Below are positions 28,101-43,100 of a DNA stretch of 64,000 nt, in pieces. The stretch lies in NCBI GenBank assembly GCA_976226885.1, contig OZ320316.1:87482001-87546000 (forward strand), given 5' to 3'. The notes below the pieces were generated by a model. It saw only the letters and a program-made list of their open reading frames with translations. It ran no database searches and was not told the DNA's origin. Origin of the DNA: Iphione sp. A-MEVVRFRX5. Lineage: Eukaryota. Position 1 is the stretch's first letter; each line of letters begins with the position of its first letter. The translations under genes and the position numbers were made by a program.

Positions 28101-31100
28101 GGTTTGGATATCCCCATAAGAACACAATCAGCGTTTTACTGAATATGCTATCCTCTCTTGTGTACCTGTCAAAGCTATCAGTTTTTTTTTAATTTTTTCC
28201 AGTAGAATTTACTTGCTATGTTTATTTCATCGAAGGATTAGGATTTTAGTGTAGGTGTCATCGGAAAGATCAAAACAACATCTGGAAAAGTCAGAGAAGT
28301 TAGTTAAAAAAGCTTAAGATTTGACGAATAGGAGTGCATAATAGCTGAAGGGATTAGAATAGCCTTCGTACCAACGAGTTTCATTCCGAGATTCTGCAAT
28401 AGAAAATTAATGATTTAATTCATTTAAGAGTAGTTGTCATTTCAAATTGCACTAACCGCTTCAGTGCTTTCTGTAAGAGTATACTTTTTGAACGTCTATC
28501 AAATGAGCGTTTGGTTAGCTAATGTCATGTTCTCAAATTAGAAAAGAACACGGGCTACAAATAAACCACAGGGATCAAGGAACTGACCTAGTTTTATGAC
28601 AGCATATAAATACGAATATGTATCAGTGTCCACATGTCGTTTTTCGACAAGAGGATATAAGGAACGTATAAATGTAAGTATAAGATTTATACCAGCTAGA
28701 AAAATGGCGCTTGACTGTTCAAATGATAGTTAAGGCTAAGTGCATTTTGAGGTTCGCCATTTTCCATTTTCTCTGCAGCATCTGGTCTTTACATTCTTTG
28801 TTTTCCTCATTTTTGTCTTCCCAATTGTGTCCATATCAACACCCGATACGAATCCCAGGTGTTCTCAATTGATTACTAGTAATGGCTCTGTAACATTTCA
28901 ACAAAACATTTCATTTATGGATGTTAGTTGTAACATTTCATGAAACTAGTGTCCTATCACCACTTAGAGACAGGACACCAGTCTAGAATGTAAGAGTGCC
29001 AGTGAAAACACTGATATGCAAAGGGGTAAAATTTTCACACGTCAGCATCCATTGCACAAAATTTAGTAAAAACTTGTAGGTTAGAGGGAACTTCGTCGCA
29101 ATCTTGGTCATGCCTTGTCCTAAACATGTACACAGCTATTTTTTCAGTTTCCTAGCTTACAGACGGTGTTTCCTGTATCCCAATCAAACCGCTACTTAAG
29201 ATTTGTTATCCTTTGTGATATATGATCTATTATCCTGCCATGTAAGAACATTTACAAATATCTGTTTTATATAACAAGAACACCCATGCCAATTATTTGG
29301 GAAATGTGGAATCATCCAAGTGTGGGGCCAGTGAGGTACGACGTCGACGAATTGTCACACTGACAAAGGTTTGTAACAAGTCTGTTTGGATCATCTGGCA
29401 TGTCTTGCATAGTTATACGCTAGGTTAACCGCCTTTGCCATCTACGGGTGTGAACCATTTCCTCCCCGTCCCACACATTTGCATATACAACTTTTGGGAC
29501 TGCAAGAATAAACTGACAATTATTTCACTATCGAAGACGAGATCCAGAGTTTTGAAGGTATATTAACAATAGATTTTCCGAGAGGAGCTGACTGTGTTCT
29601 CTCTCTCCAGTCTGTATCTGTTTTGTATGTAAATATATCAGCATATAAATCGGAGGACTCCTAGACATGTTCTGTAAACGTGCTGTAGAAAATTAGGGAT
29701 TGTTTGTCCATTTGACGTAGACAGTATATCATATTTACCTATAGTGGTTATAGCGAGGCGCTGAATAAAGTGTAAACCGTATTATTTGACCGATAATTTT
29801 GACATCTTGAAGTATCGCTGCTCTGTTATCTGCTGTTAGGCGGGTTGACAGGTGTTGCTCTCAGCCTCAAGGGAGGAATGATGGTCAGAGCAGAGCACAT
29901 ATACATGTAGTTCAACGTGACCAGGACCATTAAGATACATATAAATGGTATATCATCACTACATCCTTACAAAGTTATCCAATATCTGGATAAATGTATA
30001 TGAGTGTGGGAAATCGTGGTAGTTTCTTGTCGAATATTACTAATTCTGAAAAATATTGATAGCTTGTGTAGAAATCCTACTTTGGGGTGGTTGTTCATGT
30101 AGTTCTCCATAGGTGGTACAGGACTTCATGACAGTAGAACGTAGTCCTGCATTAGCCACAGTGTATGGTGGCAGAGTATCAAGAACAACATAAACTGCTC
30201 GCCAGATGTTAACTGAATGTAATGTGGACATAATTAGACTGAATTGGTACGTTTAAAACCTAACGTGGTAACTGCTTTAAGGTTTTGATATTTGTTTATC
30301 ATCGTCCCCATTGAATCACACAGAATAGTCAATGATAACATTGAAATGAAAAAGGAAATAGAAAAAAAGGAACAAAATACAATATACAAAAGACACCTGT
30401 GGAAGTGTCTCACAGTGTGGCAGATTTTCTGCCTGATAACATATGTACAATTTAATACCATTAGGCCAAGAAGCCTTCATCTTGGGAGGATACTCCAGTA
30501 AAACACAATACCTTAAACTCATGGTTCTGGCCGCTGACTAATAATCTGACCTGAGATGTATGCGATATTCTGGAGCAATCAAAACATTTCACTTCGGTGG
30601 GGACCCTCCAGTAAGACTCTTACTTTGACTCCTGGCTCTGATCCTTAGCCTAACCCGGTGTATGTCTGAGGCTTTGTAACAATGCAAATCAATTTCACTG
30701 GGTGCTATATGACAGTAATAGGTAGACGTACAACCAGTTCTAATGACTGTCCTCTGCTTAATCTAGTTATGTCAATACGTTCAGTCACTATTATGTGCAC
30801 CAGCACTCTAGACCGATCCTGCTAACAGATGGCCAGAGCCCCATTAAAGACGTTACAAGCATAGTACTGTGTGCTACCACTACTGGGCCACAAAGCCTTG
30901 TCATCCATGCAAGATATGTCACTAGAGCCACACCGGTACTTTATCCTGTAGTTGACTTAGAGTAATCAGCCAGCATCACATTTGTCAGAACAGATCTGAT
31001 TGTATGTTTCTTCCACCCTTCACTGTTCGTATCCAATTTCTACGGGCCCCTCATTATTTTATATAATACCTCTGCATATTGCGTCAAGGACGGCTACTGT

Positions 31101-34100
31101 AGAAGGGAGTACTGGATCTGGAATTGGCTTGGAAGATGACCAAAAGGCACATGCCAAGATGCATCCCTTTAAAACATTTTCAGTTCATTTTTTATTTGTA
31201 AAGTGTCTCACATTTCTCCATTGTGTAGAAGCTTTCAAGTGACACTCAAACCATGGCCTAGCTAATTTCAGTGGACCAACCCCGCTACACTAGGTCTTCC
31301 CATTAAGTCTGATGTCGGGTCATAGGGCTTTCAATAGCCAAGCTTCGTGGTACAAGACAATTATAAAAAAAGGTTTTACCTTTATCTGAGACAGTGTACT
31401 GTTATCGATAGAAATTAATTGTGCCATTGTTGTATGGACATATAATTTCTCTCACTCTCATCCAGTCTGCATTTATCAACAGATCACATGCTCTCCCACG
31501 AGAGCTCCTTTTCACAACTTTCCCTAAACATTGCTTCAACGTCTATGAGAAACTGCTGTTTGGACAGGAAAGTGACACTTATCTTCTACATATGCATACA
31601 GCCTATGCTCTGGTAATATATGAGAGGATGTTTTTCTATTTGGTCCACGGACGAAACGCACTTACATCGTCACCAGACAACTTACAAAATATTTTATAGT
31701 CTAAAAAATGAAAAATAACTATGAACGGCCTTGACGCAGAAGTGATTCTGAAACGAAGCCTAAAAAGCAAACCATATTGCATTCGGTTCAGAAAAACTAA
31801 CACATTATTTGTTAATGCCAGGCTATATACGCATTTTCTACAGATATTCAGAAGGCTGTCGAATTATGAATCCGAGATTCTGCACAATCTACGAATAGAC
31901 ACAGAATATTGCCGGCAAAAGCTAAGACGTCGTGCTAGTCGTCGCGTGGAATTCCTTATTCTGGTCGACTCCTTTTGCCTAGGGTAAGACAGGGAGACAC
32001 TGCTTAGGTGTACTCATTTCGTGCAGGGAGGCTACTCTATTAATCCCATCATGAAGGCAAAGATGCCGACCTGATAAATCGAGAACTTCCTTTGGATTAA
32101 AATCAACAAGTTAATATCACAGACCGCACCACCATGCATGGAAATCATCTGGACCCTTTACAGAAAACATTTTTCGGAAATCTGAAATTTAGTAGCAAAC
32201 AGTTTTCGCTTACAGTTAACTACGCTTGCATATTTGAGACGTGGTTTTGTATGAATCAGACACCTGGGGAGCGGATCAGATCGTCTAAAGAATATATATG
32301 TTGAGGCAGCATGTCGTGGACACTTTATCGATAATAGAAAGAGGTGGAGAAGAGGTTTGATAAAAGAAAGGTGTTAAAGGGAGGGAAAGATGCCTCTAAG
32401 TGAATGAGATCATTACTTAATCCTCCCGTCTCTCTCTCTCCATACTGTTACCCATTTGATCTCAGTATAAGTACACAATGAGTTTCCCCCCTTGCATCCC
32501 AGTCTATCCGTCTGTGCTCCTCTATCGCTGCCCTCTCCAGCCCTGCGATTCCTCGCTTGCGCGGGTCCAGCTCTCTTCGATACAATTTAGATGACTTTTC
32601 CGATAAAGCGTCGGTTCAACACAGTAGTCCATTCAAAGAACTGTCTTTCGACGAAGTGTCATAAAACCAAACATCTGCATCAATAGTCATTGTCAGTGAA
32701 CCATGAAGCATAGTACCAGACTTCTGCAGGTCCCGTCTAGTCCCTAAACAGTCTTGCGTGCTGACAGAAATTTCTTTTTGCCTGATGACAGAATAAATTA
32801 ATTATAGGGTGGTTTGGTAGTTCCTAAACATTATGAAATACCAACATGTGACGGATTTCCACAACTGGCAAATAACTTATTGCTTATTATAGAATTTTGC
32901 TGAGGTTAGCGCTTCAACAGATTTAAATATACAAACCTGTTCACATGGTTAACGCTTTGGTCGTGACGCTTGCATCCAGACCACTGACCTGGCAGGTGCA
33001 AAAGTGTTATCAGTGGCGTGAAGGTCACCCCGAGGCCTCACAAATGTCCAGGGTCTGTTTTATAAAGGGCGCACACATCGCCCGCAGCATCTTTAATGTC
33101 ACGTAACGGCTCAACTGTTACTGGATGGATCTGAAGCCCCTCCGTCAATAGACTCCCAAGGGGTTCGTAGGAAAGCATGGGTTAAACGAGGTCCAGTCAG
33201 GGTCGAGGGGTCGAGGAACAATGCACTATGTCAATATGCGGATCCAAATAGACGGTACAGTAATAGTAAATGGGCAGATCAACACAAAAGTGGAAAGTCT
33301 GAAGAGAATATACTCTATGGGCAGACCAGAACGAGGATAACAATACCTTCTTTTGGTGAGTGCTACTAGAACTAAATTCCTTACATGAATGTTCTTATGG
33401 AAAATTCTAATAACCGTACATTGCTAACAATATAAATGAACGCCAAGTAAATTATTAATGCGTCAATTTCTAGGCCCATATTCCGGTGTGGCATTCATTG
33501 GCGGCCGTATTCATGTAATACTGTGTTAAAATTGATGGGAATGACCTGGTTTGAGACGCAGAAAAATTCTTTTACGAGAGGAGTCTGACTTGAATACAGC
33601 GATGTATACACACTCGGAAACAGGAAGCCCTGGCGGATAGCTTCAGGAAAAATACAAAGTGTTTGACATAGAAAATGGTTCATTGGTCTCCAACGTTAGT
33701 ATATTGGTCTGTGGAATCTATACAGTATCTGTCTAGTAACATATATCGTCTGATGTCTCTCACTGCGCTGCCTAGTTCCTCAATCCTTCTTTCAAAGTGC
33801 CTTGTTGACAGTTGCGATAACCTGGTAACGTGCCCTAGAGGCGATCAAATGTTGTCAGGGGCAAACTGATTGTCTCCTAAAACTGGTTAATCTAGTGAAA
33901 GTACGCACGTTTTCAGGCGACTGTATTCATTTGTTGAAAACAAGCGTGGCAAATATCTATGATACTCGCAACGTGTTCGGAAAACAAACATTGCCCTGGC
34001 AGTAACAGTAGACTTTTCGTTTCGAAAATATACTAGTGTATAGAAATTGCAAAGAAAGACCGACGAAATTGAATATAATGAATTTATAAACTAGCTTATG

Positions 34101-37100
34101 GGAATAGTGAACATTTCGAATCTATATCACCCTACTCCAACAGTTCTGAGGATTGTTTATTGAACGGTCTTCCACCATTTGATATGGAAACTACAATGGC
34201 TGGTAATACCCAGTTTCTTGATTTCATGGAACCTCCAAGTTATCAAACAAACGACAGATTGATTACATTAGGAAGGATGGAGTTACTGTTTCTGCACGTG
34301 ATATTTTTCCATCTAACTCCCCGGTAGCGGACCATTAAAATAATGTCTAGTTGACAGCCTAATTACGCCCAGTGCTATCGGTTTCCTGCCATGGCATCGG
34401 TGAGCGGGGAAGGGGTGAATGTCGTATGGAGAATATTGCCACTCAGCTAGAAGAGTTTCAAATCCAGAGTGCCCAATTTACATCCAATGTGACGGAGAAA
34501 CGGTGATGAACTAGAGTGCGGTCCTGTAATTATGGGGTTATTTTGTCCTATATTTTATCAAGTGGCTGCAGCGAAATGAGTAAAATCCTTGGTGTCTAAG
34601 TTGTATACAATAGAGATACTTATTCTGTACAAATCCCAATGCTTGCTCAGTATACTGAAAGCCCGGCCACATTTTTCAAATTTATTCGTCTATAATACCT
34701 AAGGTGTCATATAGTATATTCAGTAAAGTTGAACGGTAAGCTGGGAATACTGATTCTTCGACTATCGATATCGTGTCGAGGCCTATGCTATTAAAGTAAC
34801 AGATATGGTTCAGTGACTGACAAGTATTTCTTCTTCTTAGCCAAATATGAGTGGTTTTGGCGACAAATGTGTGAGTTTGTCCTCAGCTGAGAAGTCAAAT
34901 ACACCTTTAGCTATGACAGCCCTCTCATCCCTAAATAATTTGAAATTCTGATGTTGTTTCTTAAAAAGCTAAATATCACTATGATGCTAAGTATCTCATG
35001 TATTTATTCAGGCTAGTGGCCGTCAGTGCGAGTGCACAAAGTGAATAAATTTCTCTTCATGTCCATACCGCCTGTAGGTACCTTAAGCTTAAATTTATAT
35101 TGATAACCAATACGCACATGGTGGATAATAATCTTCGTCACACAGTTTTGTTATGAACCATGATAGCCACATTATTTGGAGCAGTACCTGACACACTGCT
35201 TGGTAGATATTATCAGAACTGCGCCTAGATAATCCCTATCTTGCAGTATTTCAAATGCAGCCCCTACGTACTTCATCTTTACCATTTAAATATATATGTA
35301 AAGTATGGCTGCCATCTGAAATTCTATTTGCGTTCATTTTCGTGAAGTGTGGGAAGTATTCCATACAGCCAGTTTGCATCATTTGCCATCAAGAATGGAC
35401 ATGTCATGTCAGTGATCAAAGACCTTTTTCAAGGTTGTTGCTAGGGACTGAGCCGGGTTTCTACAGCTGGACCAACACTCTAACCCACTAGATCAAGACT
35501 GACACTTGTATGCAGACTGTTCCCCCCTATTGTTTATCGCCGTGTGTCAATAAGTAACTCTTATATAAAATTCATCGTACCTCTAGCAATGAAGCTTCTG
35601 GCCATTAAATGGTATCATGGAATAAATGAAAAAAATCTCATCTTATGGTTCACATCAAGTAGTGAGATTATAGTCAGTTTTAGTGGGACACGATTATTTT
35701 TGTGTAAAATGTAATATGATGAGACGCTAAGCATACCGTCAGATCGACCCAAGCATTCACAAAGTCACCTCAGTTTCTGGCCATAATTCATCAAGACTAA
35801 CATCACATTTTTATGCCTGAACCGCTTAAGAGTGCTGTTAGAGAAAACTGAATTTCGTCTGAAAACCAACATGGTTTCCTACCGGGCGGATCCACCAAAA
35901 CAGCCTTGCGTAATAACATAAGCAACATAACTGAGAATATCAACAATAATTACATGATAGCCATCGTGACGTTCGATATGACAAGGCTTTTTGACTTGCT
36001 GAACAGAGCCTTGATAGTGAGGACATCGGGAAATCTTGGAGTGGACAGTTGATATGCAATTTTCCTATACAATGATTTTGATAACAGGACTCAGCTGTCA
36101 GCTGTCAGCCAATGATGTATGCAAACCCCCTTAGTATTGTCATTACAGCAAAATGCAAGGTCCAGCTAGAAGAAAGAATCAGAGATTGCATGTCAAAGAT
36201 GGATGCCTGATGCATAGCAAAAGGGTTGTGCCTTAATGTTAGAAAATTAGCATACATGCTAATTGTCAGGAATGTACAAAATATTTGTACAGTAACAGAG
36301 AATAGCTTAAAGCTACATCAAGCTGAGAAGGTGAAAATATTAGGTTACACATTAGACAGGAAGATAAGTTGCACTGATTCCCCTAACTCAGCGAAGAAGA
36401 TATCATGTTACATAAGATCTGAGCAAAATAAAACGATGCCTGCCTTTGAAGACAAAGAAAGACCTAGTACAATTAATGCTGATCCCTCCCATAGACTATA
36501 CTGGTCCGTTCATTGCCGGTATTACCATGAATAAACTGCATGGTCTGCAAAGGGTACACACAAAATCAGTGAGAATGGTAATGGGACAGCGAAAGAGTTA
36601 AAAGGTATTCTTAATGGCTATTATTGACAGAGTAAGATTGGATTGCCTAAAAAAAATCATGTTTTGTATCTGTCAGGGAAACGAATAACCATAAAGAGAG
36701 GTTAAACAAGGGTAGGGAATAGAACTCGAATCTGTGCGCTGCCAGCAAAAAATAATAGAGTAGCAAGAAGTTTCACTTATGTTGGCGCTAGGATGTGGAG
36801 CGAGCAATGTGCCAGGCTGAAAGGGTGTGATTCCATTAAAATGTTCAGCAAGAAATATTTGCAGAACATGTAAATATACACTATGATAATGTCAGAAAAA
36901 CCTTGGTGAATGAGCGACATGCTAGATATGACTATTTATACCGACCGTTCCAATATTATGTTTACAGTATTGTAGTCATGCATGTAATGAAATATAAGGA
37001 TCACAGTGTTCAAACTATGAAGACCACCCGCTCGCAGCACCTGTACATAACAACACATCTGTTCCCAAAATCTGGAGAAGTTTTTCCATTTGTAAAAAAG

Positions 37101-40100
37101 AGATTATCACCAATAAACGTATAATTAAGTTAGATATAACATCTTATCAAGTGTCTTTGGCAGTTTTAGTTATACGGTGTATTACGCGTTCGTATGCTCA
37201 ATTCTCCAATACATGATACATATATACATGTACTTTAATTAATATTGCTTCGACCTTACGTTTTTAATTGTAATTAATATCCCAAACAACGTACCTTACG
37301 ACACTCCGATCGAGTGCTGTTACAAGTTTTGATTTCTTTAAGCTTGCTATGTTTGTGTTCAGTAGTATATATTTAAGTGGTCTCTTGCGAAAAAAAACGT
37401 CATGAGAATGGCAACATACTTCCTTCGTGTATCCTCTCCTCCACGCTTCCCTTCTCTGCCACTGGGCTCCTCAATAAAAACGCAAGGACAGCCGTCTGCC
37501 TTTTTATCCGGCAATAATTGAATCTTCGTGTACCCAAAGAGTGGCGTTGGTATACTAAGTTCGCGGCATGCTAATTTTTTGTGTGCAAAAATACGTTTAA
37601 CAGTCAGTCTTCTCAGTGGATGATGAATTTAACATGAACTTCCCCCCCTAAAGATTGTTGCACTGGTGTCACTAATACTATTGTGCCAATCTATCAGCCT
37701 TGGGTTTGTTTGTAGTATTTGTAACATTAGAAACCGAAGGAAAGTATGGTAGGATTACAGCCACAGTATGAGAGTTGAACCTGAAAATGTTCACTCTCCA
37801 CCCCTTTCAGACTGTATAGGAAACACACGTTGTACCTTGATGTACTACGCTTTTTCCCCCTGCAAAACACATCCACAGTAAGATAAAGATGACGGGTACG
37901 TCTTGGCGGCCTAACGCCGGCCGGCCTCTCATACTGATGTAGAGACAACACTGACCGCCAATCAGGGTCTTCTTACTAGTCCCATCTAGTGCTCTGAGAA
38001 GTTATATAGCCATCTTTAAAGAACTGCACATGTTGCAGGAGTCAAAAGCATGTTTGCTTATTATGAAACCTTAGGCCCAGCTCTAAAATAGGCGTGTTTC
38101 TGGTAACGACCAGCCAAAAGCCTAGGTGGGGAAGGGGGTGTCTGTTTTTCAGAATTTTTTCCACTTTCATCCTCTGGTTTTCAATAATAGTAAAGACAAT
38201 ATGAAGAATTTTGATCAATTTACAGTTTTTGTTGAATTTCCATGGATTTGTTGTTTTTCTACTGAATACAGTGAATTTCCCCAAAACATGTGCTGTGAAA
38301 ACAGGTATCTAAGGAAATTCACCTTTGGAAACTCTTTAGGACCAAAAGAATTTTTTGTTAGGGTGAGGTTTTACTAGGTAGGGATGGGTTACCAGAAACA
38401 AAGCTATTTTTGTTTTGGCCTTAGGCCCAGAGGAATATCAACACCAAGGACATTTCATTTGAAACTACAGGGACCTGGTCTATAATTTCTAACTTACATT
38501 AATAAATTATACAGAAGCACAGTGTCACATCATGAACAAATCACAATGCAGACAGTGTGAAGTCATACGATAAACGAAGCAAAGATATAAACCTTACGTC
38601 TCCTATTGCCTTTGCAACGTACCCTCTAAAATAATGCAATTTAAGAGGATTTTGAAGATCTGTTTTACATAGAAACACCCCCTTAATTTAGAACTATGGA
38701 TATAAAGCGAACAGGAAATGCACTGCAACGACACTTGACATGGGATAACAAATTTAAATTGTACTTTAGTTGAATTAATACATGGAATAACAAAGGAGAC
38801 AGAGTATATTCAAGATGACTAACCAGAGGGTTCACTGTATGCGAAATAATTATACATTCGCTATGGTTTCAGACTATCGCATGACCAATACAATCATATC
38901 GAGCTTGGCGTATTGGATTGCTGCCTCAACTAGGCGGTGCTGAAGTAGATAGGTTGTACAATTTTGCATTGGAGGACTGCTAAATATAGTAAGTCAATCC
39001 TCACACTGCTCCCACGCCTTACCAGACTGAATATTTCATGTGCATATGCATTCACGGAATGTATTATCCACCCCCGCACCTGATATGGGGTATCTCCAGA
39101 GGAACAAGCCATGATTGGCAGAGACAAGCCTTTCAAGGGATTTGTACCATTTACTGTAAATGTTGCAGATGTTATCAGCAGTGGGGTCCGGTGGTCGATT
39201 GTGGAGCCATTTGAGATAAAGGTTCTAGTTCTGTGTATTCTATCCAGAAGCCGTAGATTTCTTTTTTTTCACAAAGGACACACGTGTTTAAATCTAAAGT
39301 ACATGTAGCCAGGCAGAAACCTTAAAGATACTTAAGCTGACAGTTATGATTTCTCATCCTTTATATTTTTATATCACATATAATTGATATGTTATTATAT
39401 ATTAAACTCGATATGTTTGCTGCATAAAAATCACAGAGACGCCAAAACCAGTACCTATTCTTTCACTGCATGTTCGCTTCAGTATTTCTCCACTACAACT
39501 CGTTGTAATTTCAATTTGGGACGGAACTAATGGAAAATGTAGGCAATCTGTGGCCTGTTTCGACGTTTGCTACGGAGGTCATAAGCCAGCGGTATCTCAT
39601 TGTTAACCTCGATGTGAAAGAAATGGTGTAACACCAGCAAGACCTGTTAACAACGCTACAGAATGCAAAATTCCCAAGGCACGCGCGTGCCGTACGGTTC
39701 AAACGAGGAACTTTACGAAAGAGAGGGTGGCGGGAATTCATTGAGGGTATGTATAGGAAGTGATGCCAAGGGGCCGGGTGACCTCGTTCAATGTGCCTGG
39801 TCACAGGTGCGCGTGTGAGCCAATAAACATGGCTGTCAGTACGAGGAACGTAACTGAATATTAAAGCCTTGCCAAAGGGCCGCTGTGTCCGGAGAGCTAA
39901 TCAGGTCTAAGGCCTGGGTCCATGCGCGAACAGTCGAACCGACAACGGGATGCTCTTGATTAGCCTCGGGCACGACGTCCGTCGACATTTCTATTTAATT
40001 CATGCGAAAAGGAAGCCAGTAGCTGAGGGTTTCTATCCATCAGTTTGTATCGACTTACAAAAAAACGCCCTGTGCCTCTCTTCCGACAAACAACTATTAC

Positions 40101-43100
40101 ATAATACTCTATATCTACCCATGGTGGTTCGTAAAAGCCGTCACGAATACTGAAGAAGAGTGCATCGTTTTGTAAACCGTATTGACTGGTGGTATTTACA
40201 GAGAAACTAAAGACAACTGTTTGTGTATTTACGATCCAGAATCCCTAAAATTTCCCTTTGAGGTATTGCCCTCTGTTTGCTGATAGGGACTCATGTGGGA
40301 AACCTTTGACTGCAGGGGATTCTGGCATTAAGACAGTAAATGTTTGTGAGGTGGCAGTGTTGTATTCGGCAAGTAACGACCTGCAGAGTGAACAAATAAA
40401 TCGTGGTCATTACTGGGGATCGCCATTGCTCACAGATCAGTCGTCGGCGAACTGCTCCTGACAGCTGGTTCGTAACGTGAGCAGCTCGAAACATGGTCGG
40501 AATGCCTACGTATCCTCAGCACACTCTCCTGTCTGAAACACGAGTTGTAGCTGTTAAATGACCAATGGCTCTGACTCGGACGAGATCCGTCTGTTCGCGC
40601 ATGGCTGTGGACTTTATCAAGGTTCCTGGTGAGAGAGCTGACCGTGCTGTTTAGTAGAGACTGCACTCCCCTGAGTATCTGTCCAGCACTTGACCTCTCA
40701 CTTAAATAACCCCTTGCCTGAACGTAATTTCCATTGATTTGCCAGGCACAAAACCTCCTTCAAATCATCCATTGAGGCACCCACATACCACAACAACGGT
40801 TCAAACAGGAGACAAGCCCTCGCGGATGTCCAAACTACTTGGGTTCAAAATCGTTCACCGCTGGTTCACTGCAGCAGAAACGGCGTTAAAATTCATTTCA
40901 TCAGCAGGCAATAAAGGGAAAAGTCGAAGTGGCCCGATACCTAGAAGCTGCCTGCACAGTGTCACTGGCCCGACTCGAGGAGAACATGAATGGACGACGG
41001 ATTGAACTGTTTGAAAACACCACTAGCTGGCCTCCTAGACCTCATTCAGTCCCCCTCTCAGCAGGCAAAGACGCCCCTTTTCGGTAGGGTCCAACCAGCC
41101 ATTCTGGCTGATGGCTCTTTTCAGATTAGGCGAACTCGCCAGGTAGCTTACAGGGGTCTGTCCATTCGAGATAAGCTCTTTAATTAAACCCCTGTTTACT
41201 AGCATTAACCTATCCTTTGCGACCTTTTTGTGTCGCAAGTAGATTCCTATCAAACAAGGCGGGCAAATACGAATGAATCGATCATCAAAGCCCTTATTAT
41301 GCCATTTTTTTGCCAGTAAGGTTCAAAATAACACAGAAGAGAACTGTGTTAAATTAAACTACAGCACGTGGTTATCTGGTCTATACTTGTGCAGATCGAT
41401 TAAAACCGTATCGTTAGTATTAATACATTTTTCTCACAAAGAAATGCCGAAGGAAACATGCAGACGGCGGTTGTGTATCCGCTAAAATGTTATCTGTTGG
41501 TCTGATTAATTTCACACAAATGCATGTACACAATCACACCACAATTCGCCGTGATTTCCACGGGGACATCAACAACGATGTCAAATGGAATTATACGAAT
41601 AACAACTATATTCTGCGCTCCATAGTCTACTTTTCCAAATACCCAATATAAAATATAGTTAATGTATAATACACGTCGTCCTTTGATAAAATGCAGGGAA
41701 TGGTAGATATACATTATGAAAATTACGCCTTTGCATATAAGCATGTATCTTTTATGTAGACGATAAGGTGTTCGTGCTGGGAATTTTGCTGAAGATGGAA
41801 CCTTTATCATTATACAGCTTCGAAACATATTACAAATTTTAATGGCTCCCCAGCGTATTTTGCCGCTTATATTCGTGCAGCAACTAAACGTCCTGGAGAA
41901 CAGTGCACCGCTTGCCGTAATAGCTGTCTGACCACCCGTGAAGGCCTCGAGATGCATCTGCCATCAGTCACGTGTGTCCAGTGCCTTTAAAACAATGATT
42001 TGTCTGCCGGGCGGTCCAATGGGTGGCCCCAGCTGTACCCTGACGCACAGCTGTCAACAGACGTACGATACTAATGAATAACCACCGATGCCGGCGATGA
42101 CACGGCAGGGCACTGAGGAGAGGTCCGCGCCCGGGCGTGCTCCTATGGGACCGCTCGTGAGATATGAGTGAGGGCAAGCCGACAGGCTGGCCTGAAGAAC
42201 GGCTGGTGGAACGAGCAGCAAGAGTCGCTCTGTATGCAGCGGCACGGCAAACGTACCACAGAGGATAACGTCTAGGTCTTCAGGAGCAGAAGATGAATCC
42301 CAATGGACATTCATCGCAATTCTCGTTTCCGAAATATATTTCCTAAAAATAAAACGATGAATTAGATCGCTAGTGAACGCCCCCTTTCTCTCTGAAAAGC
42401 GTTCACCTTTTATATTGTTTGTTTTTCAATACATGTATACATATAAACGATAAATAATGCCACTTGTTTTTTCCGTCTATTTGTATTTGTCAAAATAGAG
42501 AATTTACACTTGTCCTTCTTTCATTTCAGGTTCCCAAGGCGGTGTCGGTTCACGATTTTTCCGAGGTGTTAAAAAAAGCCAACTCCTACCACGACGTATT
42601 ACGTGTCTTCTATGGAAGTATATTGACTAACGAGGCCATAGACAATATGATGGCCTCACACCCACAACCCAAGTTCTATAGTTCGCCATTTGGTCGGCCC
42701 CGTATTGGTGGCCTGAGCGACAGTATGTCGTTCGCCATGGCTGCTCCAAACTTTCAAGGTATTCCTTCCTTAATGCACAGTGATGCCGCTTTAACGAGAG
42801 CCTCTTCCTCCTCTCTACATAGAGTAAGGCAGAGGCACAGAAATCGGAATATGTACACCAAGATTGGCCGAAGGCAAAGGCGCAGACAGAGACGGAGGGG
42901 CGGAAACAGGAAAAAGAATGGTAAGATAAATGTGCCTATGAATCAAGTTAAAGAAGCGATCACAATCACTTTACTCATTCGGAGGATGCACTACACGGAA
43001 TAACGGTCTAGTGTCACTTAAGTAAAATGAATGTGCTTGAATGTGTGGTACGTGTTCTGCCTCTTCAGTTGAATTATGGTTGTAGTGCTACTGTGACACT

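Noticed and set aside
39520-39750. Cys-rich frame (KCRQSV…NNATEC) suggesting a duplicated PVF exon
   Set aside because: It has an internal stop, and the Cys spacing does not match the cystine knot.
42054-42314. DVILCGTF resembling the LINE endonuclease ILxGDFN motif
   Set aside because: A single partial motif with the catalytic D and N absent and no other APE motifs confirmed.
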